From assembly GCF_000372725.1 (NCBI RefSeq), contig NW_005202428.1, positions 524,679 to 588,678 on the forward strand: DNA of 64,000 nucleotides, given 5' to 3'. This stretch comes from Emiliania huxleyi CCMP1516. Lineage: Eukaryota. The notes beneath the pieces were generated by a model. That model saw nothing but the letters and a program-made list of their open reading frames with translations, ran no database searches and was not told the origin of the DNA. Position numbers and translations under genes: made by a program. The stretch's first letter is position 1; the number at the start of each line of letters is the position of its first letter. This document shows, in pieces, positions 48,317 through 58,932 of this stretch.

Positions 48317-49777
48317 ATGTCTGCCCCGCCGCGCCGCCGCTCGCGCCGCCTCGCCACCGCCGCCACCGCCGCCCCCTCGCCAGACACGCCGCTGCCCGCC
48401 CGCCTCCTCGACCTCCCCACGGAGCTCATCGTGCGCGCCCTCTCTCGCTGCGACCCCGCCGACATCGCTCGCGTCGCGGCCGTCTCGAAGCTCTTCCACG
48501 CCTCGCTTGCGGTGGAGGCCATCCGCATGCGGGCGCAAGAGCGCGGCTTCGAGCTGCCGGCGCAGCCAGAGGACGATAGCTGCGCCGTGCGGTGGCTGTG
48601 CTATTCGGCGCTGCTGTGCGAGTCCAACCCGCCGGCGAGGGCGGCGGTAGGCATGCGGCACAGCGTCTTCATCGACGGCGAGGGGCGGCTCTCGTCGTGC
48701 GGCACAGCTTTGGAAGGCGAGGAGGACGACGAGGACAACGAGGAGGAATTGTTTCCAGGTCTTCTCGGCCACGGCGATGGCGTGCTGCAGCTCAACACGC
48801 CGACCCGTCTCCCCTCGACGCTGGGCGGCGAGCGCGCGGTGAGCGTGTCGGCTGGATGCAGCCACAGCCTTGCCGTCGCCGCTGACGGCACCGTCTGGAG
48901 CTGGGGCGATGGAGGCTATGACAAGCTGGGCCACGGCGACGAGCAGGACCAGTGGCAGCCGAAGAAGATCGAGGTTTTGGCGGGCCAGCGCGTGGTCGCT
49001 GTCTCGGCTGGATCCGCGCATAGCCTCGCCCTCACCGCCGATGGCGCCGTGTGGGGCTGGGGCGATGGAGGCGTGGGCCAGCTGGGCCACGGCGACTACC
49101 AGCACCAGCCGCTGCCAAATAAGATCGAGGCCTTTGCTGGGCGGCGCGTCGTCGCTGTGTCGGGTGCGAGCGGCCACAGCCTCGCCCTCACCGCCGATGG
49201 CGCCGTCTGGAGCTGGGGCCAGGGAGGCTATGGCAAGTTGGGCCACGGCGACTACCAGAGTCAGCTGCTGCCGAAGAAGGTCGAGGCCTTGGCGGGGCGG
49301 CGCGTGATTGCTGTGCTGGCTGGAAGCAGCTACAGCCTCGCAATCACCGCCGACGGCGCTGTCTGGAGCTGGGGTAGTGGAAGCTTAGGCAGGCTGGGCC
49401 ACGGCGACGAGCAACGCCAGTGGCTGCCAAAGAAGATCGAGGCTTTTGCTGGCCAGCGCGTCGAGGCTGTGTCGGCTGGAAACAGCCACAGCCTCGCCAT
49501 CACCGCCGACGGCGCCATCTGGAGCTGGGGCTATGGAGTCTTTGGCAAGCTGGGCCACGGCGATGAGCAGCGCCAGCTCCTGCCGAAGAAGATCGAGGCC
49601 TTTGCTGGCCGGCGCGTCGTCGCTGTGTCGGCGGGAAGCGGCTTTTCCAGCCTCGCTACCACCGCCGACGGCGCTGTCTTTGCCTGGGGCGAGGGCGAGT
49701 ACGGCTGCCTAGGCCACGGAGAGGACCTGTCGAACCAGCTGCTGCCCAAGAAGATCGAGGTGTGGGAGCGGGAGTGA
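48317..49777 (+). CDS. F-box-like + RCC1-repeat (7-blade propeller) protein, copy 2, intronless
   Basis: RLLDLPTELIVRALSRCDPADIARVAAVSKLF is followed by seven RCC1 repeats. Confidence 0.9.
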   Translation: MSAPPRRRSRRLATAATAAPSPDTPLPARLLDLPTELIVRALSRCDPADIARVAAVSKLFHASLAVEAIRMRAQERGFELPAQPEDDSCAVRWLCYSALLCESNPPARAAVGMRHSVFIDGEGRLSSCGTALEGEEDDEDNEEELFPGLLGHGDGVLQLNTPTRLPSTLGGERAVSVSAGCSHSLAVAADGTVWSWGDGGYDKLGHGDEQDQWQPKKIEVLAGQRVVAVSAGSAHSLALTADGAVWGWGDGGVGQLGHGDYQHQPLPNKIEAFAGRRVVAVSGASGHSLALTADGAVWSWGQGGYGKLGHGDYQSQLLPKKVEALAGRRVIAVLAGSSYSLAITADGAVWSWGSGSLGRLGHGDEQRQWLPKKIEAFAGQRVEAVSAGNSHSLAITADGAIWSWGYGVFGKLGHGDEQRQLLPKKIEAFAGRRVVAVSAGSGFSSLATTADGAVFAWGEGEYGCLGHGEDLSNQLLPKKIEVWERE

Positions 49778-49876
49778 GCTGTGAGCTGTGAGGGTTCGCC
49801 ATGCAACTCGCCTCGGACCTGACCGCTGCGTTGCCGGCGTTCCTCGCCTGCACGCCTCCCTCCTGGCGGTCCGCAT

Positions 49877-50645
49877 ATGCTCGAGCGCGTGCAGACGGCC
49901 GTGGTCGGCGGCGGCGTCGTCGGTCTCGCCGTCGCTCGTGCGCTGTCTCGCTCGGGCCGAGAGGTGCTCCTGCTCGAGTCGGAGAGCCTGACCGGCTCGG
50001 GCACGTCGTCTCGCAACTCTGAGGTCGTGCACGCCGGCATCTACTACACCGCAGGCTCGCTGAAGGCGCGTGCCTGCGTCGAGGGCCGGAGAGCGCTCTA
50101 CTCCTTCTGCGAGGCGTACGCCGTGCCGTACTCGCGATGCGGCTCAAGCTGCTGGTCGCCACCGAGGAGGGAGAGCTCGCCCAGCTGGACGCGGTCGCGG
50201 AGAAGGCGCGCGCCAACGGGCTGAGCGGCAGCGGCGAGGCTCTCGTCCGCCTGACCTCCGCAGAGGCGGCGCGGCTGGAGCCAGAGGTGCGCTGTGTGGG
50301 CGCGCTGCACTCGCCCTCGACAGGCATCGTCGACAGCCACGCCTTCATGACGGCGCTGCTGGCGGATGCAGAGCGGCACGGGGCGACGCTAGCGCTCGGC
50401 AGCAGCGTGGTGGGGGGGGAGTGCGGTGGCAGCGATGCCGCCGCGGGCTGCGGCGCCGGGGGGCGCGTGCTGCTTCGTACAGCCGACGGCACCCAGCTCG
50501 CATGTGACGAGGTCGTCAACTGCGCGGGACACGGCGCGCCGCGACTCGCCGCCGCCTTGGGGGGGATGCCGCGCTCGCACGTGCCGGCGGCTCACTTCGC
50601 CAAGGGAACCTACTTCGCCCTGAGCGGACGGCGAGCCCCTTCCGC
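49877..50645 (+). pseudogene. L2HGDH: L-2-hydroxyglutarate dehydrogenase/LhgO-like FAD oxidoreductase, frameshifted and 3'-truncated
   Basis: [36 protein letters not shown] (2-nt insertion at about 50143), SPSTGIVD, VVNCAG, KGTYF. The C-terminal part of the family is not found downstream. Confidence 0.85.
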
Positions 50646-50909
50646 GGCCTCGTCTTCCGCCCGCGTATTTCTTTTTCACCGTATTTCTTTTTATTATCGA
50701 TGTCGGCGGCACTCGCTTCGTCTCGTCGCGCTCGACGCTCGAGGGTGCCTCCTCCTACTTTCGCTCACTCCTCGTGCGGTGGAGCCCGGTGCGCCCGCAA
50801 CAGACGCCGCAAGCTACCTACTGTGCACTCCACACCGCTCTGCCATCCCTCCTTATCGCCGTGCGGCACGCGAGGATTGCCGCTCCACGTCCGCGACGCG
50901 TCTCTCCTG

Positions 50910-52421
50910 CAGGCGACGCCGGACGATCCGATCTTCCTCGACTGCGACGCTGACGCGTTTGGCGTGCTGCTCTCGCGTGCCGTCATGCGTGCTGCTGCCG
51001 CCCGGCGACGTCGGCCTCGCCACCCGCGTGTTGCTGCTCGCTGAGTACCTCGGCCTCGACGGATTTCTCACGGCGATCAAGGCGAGGGCCTACGCGCACA
51101 TGCACAGCAGCTGCAGCACCGCCACCGACGCCGCAGCGGCCACAGCCTTCGACGAGGAGGCGGGAGGCCTGCAGCAGGCCATCGACAAGCGGCTGCTGCC
51201 GGCTCGCTTCTTCGCGCCGGAGCCGCCGCCGCCGCCGCCACCGCCGGAGGCGGCCGTGCCGCAGCTCAACCGCCGCTTTTCTTTTTTTGACGGCGGGTGG
51301 CATTCGTTCTTAGGCGACCGTTCAGACGCTCATCCCGGCGGCGGGCTTCACCGCAATCTTCGCAGACGACGAGATCGACCTCGACGACGACCTCCCGCAG
51401 GTGAACTCGGTGCACCGCGTGGTCTCGCCATATCTCCCCATATCCCCCCATATCTCCGGCCGCAGGTGCACTCGGTGCACCGCGTGGTCTCGCCATATCT
51501 CGCCATATCTCCCCATATCTCCGGCCGCAGGAGCACTCGGTGCACCGCGTGGTCTCGCCATATCTCGCCATATCTCCCCATATCTCCCCCTCTCCCCACA
51601 CCGCAGGTGCACTCGGTGCACCGCGTGGTCTCGCCATATCTCGCCACATCTCCCCATATCTCCGGCCGCAGGTGCACTCGGTGCACCGCGTGGTCTCGCT
51701 CGCTCTGGTGCAGCTGGCCGACGGCAGCCGCGAGAGGGAAGACGCCACAGCCCCCTCTCTGAAGTGCCCCCGGACCCTTCCCTGAACCTTCCTGCAGGCA
51801 GCCGCGAGAGGGAAGACGCCACAGCCCCCTCTCTGAAGTGTCTTCGGACCTTTCCCTGAACCTTCCTGCAGGCAGCCGCGAGGTGGACGCGCTGATCCAG
51901 CCAAACAACAACGAGCTTGAGCCGCGCGGAGGAGAGCGCACGAGGTCGCAGCTGGTGCTCCTCTCGTCCAAGCCTCGTCCAATCTCGGACGTGATCTCGG
52001 GGTAGGAGAGCGCACGAGGTCGCAGCTGGTGCTCGCCTCTGAGCACGCGCGCGACATCCCGTGGGTGCACTGGGTGGGCGCCCCACCCTACAGCCACAGT
52101 ACCGAACGCACACTGCGCGCGCGACATCCCGTGGGTGCGGCACTGGGTGCGCATCCCCACCCTACGGCCACAGGACCGAACCCACACTGGGTTCGAGACC
52201 CTGGAGTGTACGGTACTAGGTCCTCATCCCCACCCTACGGCCACAGTACCGAACCCACACTGGGTTCGAGACCCTCGAGTCGTACGGTACTAGGTGCTCA
52301 GCCCGGCGCGACTGCCCTCCTCGAGAGCGACGCCAACGCGGCGCAACTCGGCAACACCAGCGCAGCCGCCGAGGGCGAGGCGAAGGCACCCCCGAGGACA
52401 GTGTTGCCATGGGTCGCTTGA
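50910..52421 (+). CDS. BTB/POZ (KCTD-like) domain protein, multi-exon; 5' part missing or disrupted
   Basis: PIFLDCDADAFGVLL and RVLLLAEYLGLDGF match the T1-BTB core, but they are in different frames. Downstream exons are separated by repeat-rich introns. Confidence 0.55.
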
Positions 52422-52974
52422 GCGAGCCACGGGAGGTAGGCGAGGAAAGCTAGCGACCGCATCCCATGAGTCCATACAGTGGGTTGCGGGCATTAAGAAA
52501 ATAGGATTTCTCGGCACGCCGCCGTTTCTATAAGCCTTTCCACAGCCCTCACCCACCCCCCAGGCCGTGGTTTCTTAGCGAGCTAAGAACTCAAGGTCAA
52601 GCCAGAGCCGGCCCGAAGGATTTTTAGGTAAGTAAGAGGTAAGCTCAAGCTGCGGTCCGCGAGGGCGATGCCAGAGTCTGCCGCCGAGTCGGCTCTCTGG
52701 ATGACGGGAAGACGCACACACGCCTCCATCCACTCGCACTCCACTCAGAACACCGCAGACTTGTGGAAAGTGACAAGTGCGCGCGCCGCAGGCGAAGCTG
52801 AGGGAGGGTCGGATACCCATCACTGAGCCGACAATGCTACGGGTAGCCCCAGGGCAGCGCCCACCCCCATACCCTCGGGCACTTGCCTGCGCCCTCACGC
52901 GCTAGCCCACGCCCTGCCCCGCAAGATCTCACTCCATCCCGGCCTGCGGCATATACCTCGGCACCCCCTTGCAC

Positions 52975-53380
52975 GGAATCTGAGCGTGAGGGAATCTGAG
53001 CGTGAGGGAATCTGAGCGTGAGGGAACTTGGGCAGTGCCGCGTAGTGCGGCGTGCGCGCGGGCGTGCGGGCGTGCGCGCGGGGCGTGCGTGGCACCCTTA
53101 GCGGGGCGTGCGGGCGTGCGTGGCACCCTGGGCGCTGCCAGTGGCACCCTGGGCGCTGCCGGGTGGCACCCACCCTGGGCGCTGCCGGTGGGCACCCTGG
53201 GCGCTGCCGGTGGCACCCTGGATGCTACCGACCGGTGGCATCCAGGAAGATGCTACCGGTGGCACCCTGGGCGCTACCGGTGGCACCCTGGGCGCTACCG
53301 GTGGCACCCTGGGCGCTACCGGTGGCACCCTGGGTGCTGCCGATGGCACCCTGGGTGCTGCCGATGGCATCCTAGGCGCT
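52975..53380. repeat. 16-bp tandem repeat x3 (GGAATCTGAGCGTGAG) followed by a 21-bp minisatellite (GGTGGCACCCTGGGCGCTACC-like)
   Basis: Directly visible at 52975-53026 and about 53090-53380. Confidence 0.9.
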
Positions 53381-54665
53381 ACCGCACCTACCGCTCTCGC
53401 ATGACATCTCGACAATCCTCATATCTCCAGGCCCAAGACTCCTAACCACTGCCCCTGCTCGCCCAGGACCACGAGAAGCGCCGCCCGCGCGCCCATTGAC
53501 CCCCCAACCAACCCACTTGCTGTCCCTCAATCGCCACCCGCCAGATGTACTGCCCTCGCCCACCCAATACTCTCACCCTCCTGACCCGGACAGTCCAGGT
53601 ACAGGAAAAGCGGGGAGCGGGGCCCGATCCAAGGAGCACCCCGTCGGCCCGGGAGGGCTGTGAATTTCGGCGCGGGCGGAAGGCTGCCTGCAGACGCTCA
53701 GCCCCCGGCTGAGCTGCCGAATCCTCCCGGCTAATCCCCTGACCTGCCGCCTGAAACGGGACAACATTACACCACCTCACACACACTCCCCCCTCAGGGC
53801 TAAGCAGTGCGCAAGTCCACCCGAACTCTAGGCGAGGCATCGACCGCTCCTTTGGAATAGTGCCGTCAGTGGCTGCACTATAGACGCCCATTAGATGGCG
53901 CGCGGCGCGGGCGGATGACTAGGGGAGAGAATGCGGAGAGACTAGCTCGCAGGTAGATGTGCTCAGCCAAGGGTAAGGGATGAGGGGAATGTGTCAGTGT
54001 GAGGGGTGCACCAACCGCAGAGCGTCATGTTTTGCCTTTGAAAACTGAAAAAAAATGCTTTCGCGCGAAAAACCGGCACACCAATCTCCCTTCCTCTCCC
54101 TATCCTCTCTTGGAGCTCTAGTCTCTAGAGTCCACACCCCCCGGCTGCCCCGGGATCGCGTACAAGCTGTGGCTACCGTAGGCCACACTAGCGTCGCTGG
54201 GGGTTCCCTGCCCCAGATGGGAAGCTGGCCGCTGATCCGGCACCCGCGCGCACGCAAATACACGCGCAGCGCCCAGAAGCCTGTGTGTCATGGGCGCAAG
54301 CCCAGTGCTGGCGCACCATTGCCTTTGAAAACTGAACAGTTTTTTTTACGAGAAGCTGAGTACCGGGGCGTCGGCGACGCGGGCGCCTTGGCCCTTGCGG
54401 GCAGAGCCCTTAGCCACCCTTTATCTTGCGCGGTCAAAAGCGGAAAAGCGCGCGCGAAAAAACCGAACACCGAGAAAGAAAACCCCGCATATCTCCCCCC
54501 ATATCCCATATGTGTCTTATATGGGCATGCACTGGCAACTCGTTGAAAATGAAATGTACCGTGAGAGCCTCGGCCCCAGCCTCTCTACATCCCCTGCGCG
54601 TGTGCTGCCTGTCGGCCTCTGCGCTTACCGCTGCTAAGTGCTAGTTGTCGGATGCGCCGATTCCT

Positions 54666-56556
54666 GAGAGATGGGCCCAGGTAGGAGGCTCCACGCCACC
54701 TGACTCGCGTCGTGCCACCTGACTCTCGCCTGGAGAGGCCTCTTAGCCGAGGCACACGTGGCAATCGCCACGTGCGCCAACAGGGATTTCGGCCATTTTA
54801 GAGCCTTTTGCACAAAAATGCAGGTGGCTTTAGCCACTTGCTCCATGAGCAAAACAGTGCAAAAAGCACCTGGAGCAGATGGCTTACGCCGCCTGTGGAC
54901 ATGGGCAAAACAGTGCAAAAAGCACCTGGAGCAGATGGCTTACGCCGCCTGTGGACATGGGCAAAACAGTGCAAAAAGCACCTGGAGCAGACGGCTTACG
55001 CCGCCTGTGGCCATGGGCAAAACAGTGCAAAAAGCACCTGGAGTAGATTCCAAACGCCGCCTGTGGCCATGTGATGCGCTCGGGTGGCGCCAAGGGCTTC
55101 GGCCCCCTCCAAGCCACCTGCCCCGCCCCCCTCGCCACACGTGGAGGGCTGGAGCACGTGCGCCACCTGGGCCCGGGCAGGTGGCAACAGGTGGCTTCAG
55201 CCCCCTCCAAGCCACCTGCCCCCCCTCCCTCGCCACACGAGGAGGGCTGGAGCACGTGCGCCACCTGGGCCTGGGCAGGTGGCTCCAGGTGGCTTCGGCC
55301 CCTCCAAGCCACCTGCCCCGCCCCCCTCGCCACACATGGAGGGCTGGAGCACGTGCGCCACCTGGGCCTGATGGGTGGGCAGGTGGCGCCAGGTGGCTTC
55401 GGCCCCTCCAAGCCACCTGCATGCCCCCCCTCGCCACACCTGGAGGGCCGGAGCACGTGCGCCACCTGGCGCAAGTTTGAATTCGGAAACGGAAAATCCG
55501 AGCCACGGAAGGGCTGGCCTGCCAAACGCGAGCCTCCCCGCTCCTCCCCGCGCTGCAAACTGGGACTGTGGGGTGTGTGAAAGAGGGCCTGCGGCGGTCA
55601 TCGGCGGCTACAATCAATGTCCGGCGTCGACATAAGCCTGGGGCTTCAACCCGGCCCGCGCGGGCGTTTGGTGTGGCTGCAAACGCCGCAGGAGCCGGTG
55701 GCTGCGCTGCTCACGCGCCGTTGCTGCCGACGCTGAGCAGTCTGACTCGCCAATGAGAAGACTGCCCGATAATACGCCATCACTCGATCCCCGATAAACC
55801 AGGCCATGCAGAGCTTTGTCGGCCTCGCCGACGTCGTGTGCTGGCTGCGCGGTAGAGTTGCGAGAGTGGATTGTGGAGGCGCGGCGGGGGCGGCTCGTGG
55901 TGCCGAGGCGGTGTATAGTACATTCCTATTCAAAAGAACACGCACGATGAAATTCCCGAAGTGACGCCCAGGTGGCGCACGTGCTCCAGCCCTCCAGGTG
56001 TGGCGAGGGGGGGCATGCAGGTGGCTTAGAGGGGCCGAAGCCACCTGGAGCCACCTGCCCGGGCCCAGGTGGCGCACGTGCTCCAGCCCTCCAGGCAGGT
56101 GTGGCGAGGGGGGCAGGTGGCTTGGAGGGGGGCGAAGCCACCTGGCGCCACCCGAGCGGTCACATGGCCACAGGCGGCGTTTGGAATCTACTCCAGGTGC
56201 TTTTTGCACTGTTTGCCCATGGCCACAGGCGGCGTAAGCCATCTGCTCCAGGTGCTTTTTGCACTGTTTTGCCCATGTCCACAGGCGGCGTAAGCCATCT
56301 GCTCCAGGTGCTTTTTGCACTGTTTTGCCCATGTCCACAGGCGGCGTAAGCCATCTGCTCCAGGTGCTTTTTGGACTGTTTTGCTCATGGAGCAAGTGGC
56401 TAAAGCCACCTGCATTTTGTGCAAAAAGCTGCAAAGGACTCGTGGAGGCACGTGGCGCTTTCCGCGTGTGTCTCGTTCAAATATTCCTTTTTTTGGCTTT
56501 CAGGTGGCACGACGCGATTCAGGTGGCGTGGAGCCTCCTACCTGGGCCCATCTATG
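54666..56556. mobile_element. Non-autonomous foldback-like DNA transposon, hAT-like ends, 8-bp target-site duplication
   Basis: Inverted termini GAGAGATGGGCCCAGGTAGGAGGCTCCACG / CGTGGAGCCTCCTACCTGGGCCCATCTATG. CGATTCCT flanks both sides (54658-54665, 56557-56564). The arms are built from 56-bp and about 100-bp tandem units. Confidence 0.85.
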
Positions 56557-56732
56557 CGATTCCTCACGGCGAGAGAGAAGGCGAGCTCTCTCTCGCTCCG
56601 GAGCAGCAACCAAAAGCCCAGGGGACGGGCGTCGAAGAGGCCGCGCGCAAACGACGACAACTCCGACTCGCAGGGCGGACAGGGCCGCGAGCAGCGGAGG
56701 CGGGGGAGCGGCGACACGAGACAGACCTGACT

Positions 56733-57595
56733 CTACTCCTCGGCCGCAGGGGGCGGCGGGGGCGGGGGCGGAGGGGGGACATAGTTCAGCGCCGAGGCGG
56801 GAAAGTACTCGAACAAGTCGCCAAAGTCCTGCCGGCGCGGCGAGTGTGCGCTGAGAGCGCGCTGGCCCCGAATCCCGCGAGGCTGGCCCCAGGTCCCGCA
56901 AGGTGACGCAGGCGGCGCGGCGGTGCGAAGGCGGGCGGCGGTGCAGGGGCTGGGCGGCGCGCTTTGTCGAGCTTCACAAACCACTTTTGGACGTTGGCAA
57001 TCTTCTTCGGCGTGCGCTCCGGGTCGCCCTTCTTGAGGCGGGCGGCGTTCTCCAGCTCCGTCAGGTCGTAGATGATGCTGGCGCAGGGTGCAGGCGCAGG
57101 GCAGTCGGGAGCAGGGCAGTCGGGAGGGATCGGCCGGCAGGTGAGGGCGGGAGGTGGGGCTGGTGTGCACCTGCGGGTGCGCTGGTCGGTGGTGAGCTGG
57201 GTCTGGTCGTCGAAGACGGTCGTGACCACGTTGAGGTCGTCGCGCAGCTTGGAGAAGTCGAACTCCTTCCGGATGACGGGGATCAGGTTCATGTTGCCGT
57301 CCTTTGCAAACTGGTCCTGCAGAGAGATGGCGGACTTGCGGTACTGCTTGAGCGCGGCGATGCCGTCCCGGACCGACTTGGAGGCGAGCAGCTCGTCGTC
57401 CAACTCCGCATCCGCCGGCTTGGTCTTCTCAATCCCCTGCTTGGGCGGAAGCAATCCGGCGAACGACGCAGGCGGCGCAGCGGCGAGCCCCGCCGCGCCC
57501 GCGCCCAGCGCGCCGGCCTGGCGCAGGAGCGCACGACGCGAGGTGGGCGGCTGCGGCGATAGCCCGGGCAGCTGGATCGCGAGCAGGCTGAGCAT
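56733..57595 (-). CDS. Putative thylakoid-lumen protein with bipartite/TAT targeting, 3 exons
   Basis: MLSLLA..TSRRALL..hydrophobic..ASFA (twin-Arg + AxA-like site). Helical mature region FDFSKLRDDLN..IIYDLTELE. The last exon is DFGDLFEYF..AAEE*. Confidence 0.7.
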
Positions 57596-57851
57596 TAGAG
57601 CGAGAGCTGTGCGAGCTCACGCTACTCCCTCCCTGGGTCTCTTCCCACAGGAGTAGCTGACTATAGTCGAGCGCGTCGGAGAGGTGTTCGACACCGAGAG
57701 CTGAGCTTTGCCTGCGCAGATTCCGAGAAACTTCTGCCCGAGTCATTCTTTGGTGCATTCTTTTCCTCTCCATCATTACAGTTTTTCCGCTCGCGAGGTG
57801 CGTTGAGGGGCCGTATGTGTAATTCTCGCCGAGGAAGCTGCTTGCTGTAGA

Positions 57852-58896
57852 GGAGGGCGCCTGGGTCTAAATTTAGTGCGTGTGAATGAACTTTAGTGAT
57901 AGTTTAGTGCGCTATTTAGTGCGTGTTCGAGTGCGTATATAGTGCGACTTTAACGCAAATTTAGTGCAAATTTAGTGCAAATTTAGCACATATTTAGCAC
58001 ATATTTAGTGTGTTTTATCTCCAATTTAGCGCCACATTTAGTTCACTTTAGGTGCGGGCAGCTGCAGTACATTTAGTGTGGGTCCCGCATCTTTAGTGCG
58101 GGCACGCACCTTTAGCACGGCTTCCCGGCCACACCACAGCTAGCCAGGGCCGCGTGCTTTGCTCCTTGGCTGCCAAGAATGCACCACAGGAGATGCCTGG
58201 CCCCTGCCCTCATGACCCAAAGGCAGGCTCCCAGTGAGGCTAGATATGCCGCCCTCCAGAGCAAGATCTCCCGACTGAGCACAGGCACAGCACCGATTCC
58301 CGAGAGGAGGACCAGCACAGTTGAATGCGCCACCGCAAGCACCACCTCCGACCGCACAACCCATGCTGTGCCCGTGACCACCAGCTGTAATAGAGTAGAG
58401 GTGAGGGTCGGTGTTGGAATTTCAAAACCAATGTTGAACCAAAGGATGAAGGATCCAGACCACGATGACAGAAACGGCCAAATGGCCATGATCCATGTAG
58501 TCACCGCAAGCAGCTTTACATACGCGTGTACTCGTAGCATGTTGGATCCAGCCCCAGGCATGCACCTCCTCCTAAGTGCAATGGCAAATACACCGGGTTT
58601 TCTTCGTTCGGTTGGGGACGGGACGGGGAACTTTTGCGAGTGGGCAGGGGACTGCAGGGGGACAGGGGGAGGGAGGCCCAGCGAGGGGCTGCGGCTGGAT
58701 CCTACTGCGCGGCTGGACTAAAGACGCACTAAACCTCGCTAAATCTGGATGTAAAGTCGCACTAAATTTGCGCTAAATTTGCGCTAAATTTGCACTAAAG
58801 TTGCGCTAAATTCGCGCTAAATTTGCGCTAAAGTGCGCTAAAGATGCAGTAGATAAACACTTCACACCGCACTAAATTTAGATCCAGGCGCCCTCC
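57852..58896. mobile_element. Non-autonomous TIR element with AT-rich 11-bp subterminal repeats and an internal ORF
   Basis: TIR GGAGGGCGCCTGGRTCTAAATTTAGTGCG at both ends. TGTAGA is directly repeated at 57846-57851 and 58897-58902. (ATTTAGTGCAA)-like arrays on the left are inverted as (GCGCTAAATTT) on the right. Confidence 0.85.
58112..58561 (-). CDS. Hydrophobic 149-aa ORF inside the TIR element (putative multi-pass membrane protein or captured fragment)
   Basis: ATG-to-stop ORF with several hydrophobic stretches. No family recognised. Confidence 0.35.
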   Translation of the reverse strand: MPGAGSNMLRVHAYVKLLAVTTWIMAIWPFLSSWSGSFILWFNIGFEIPTPTLTSTLLQLVVTGTAWVVRSEVVLAVAHSTVLVLLSGIGAVPVLSREILLWRAAYLASLGACLWVMRAGARHLLWCILGSQGAKHAALASCGVAGKPC

Positions 58897-58932
58897 TGTA
58901 GAACAACTGCAGGAGGAGCAACGAAGAGCAGG

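Noticed and set aside
46929..49777. UVR8 photoreceptor or RCC1 orthologue call
   Set aside because: There are no GWRHT motifs, and the F-box-like N-terminus and tandem paralogy indicate a different RCC1-repeat family.
51401..51700. 28-bp palindromic repeat with spacers as a CRISPR array
   Set aside because: The spacers are CCATATCTCC tandem repeats, and the repeat is a duplicated splice acceptor plus exon start.
53442..53891. RNase H-like motif (ATDGT..FGW) in a minus-strand ORF
   Set aside because: Only one loose motif is present and the other catalytic residues are not identifiable.
54851..55075. Regular 56-bp repeats as a CRISPR array
   Set aside because: The units are contiguous without unique spacers, are mirrored in inverted form at 56160-56390, have no cas genes nearby and sit in a eukaryotic context.
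56733..57595. PsbQ/Psb31 assignment
   Set aside because: The targeting signals fit the thylakoid lumen, but I cannot match the mature sequence to those families with confidence.
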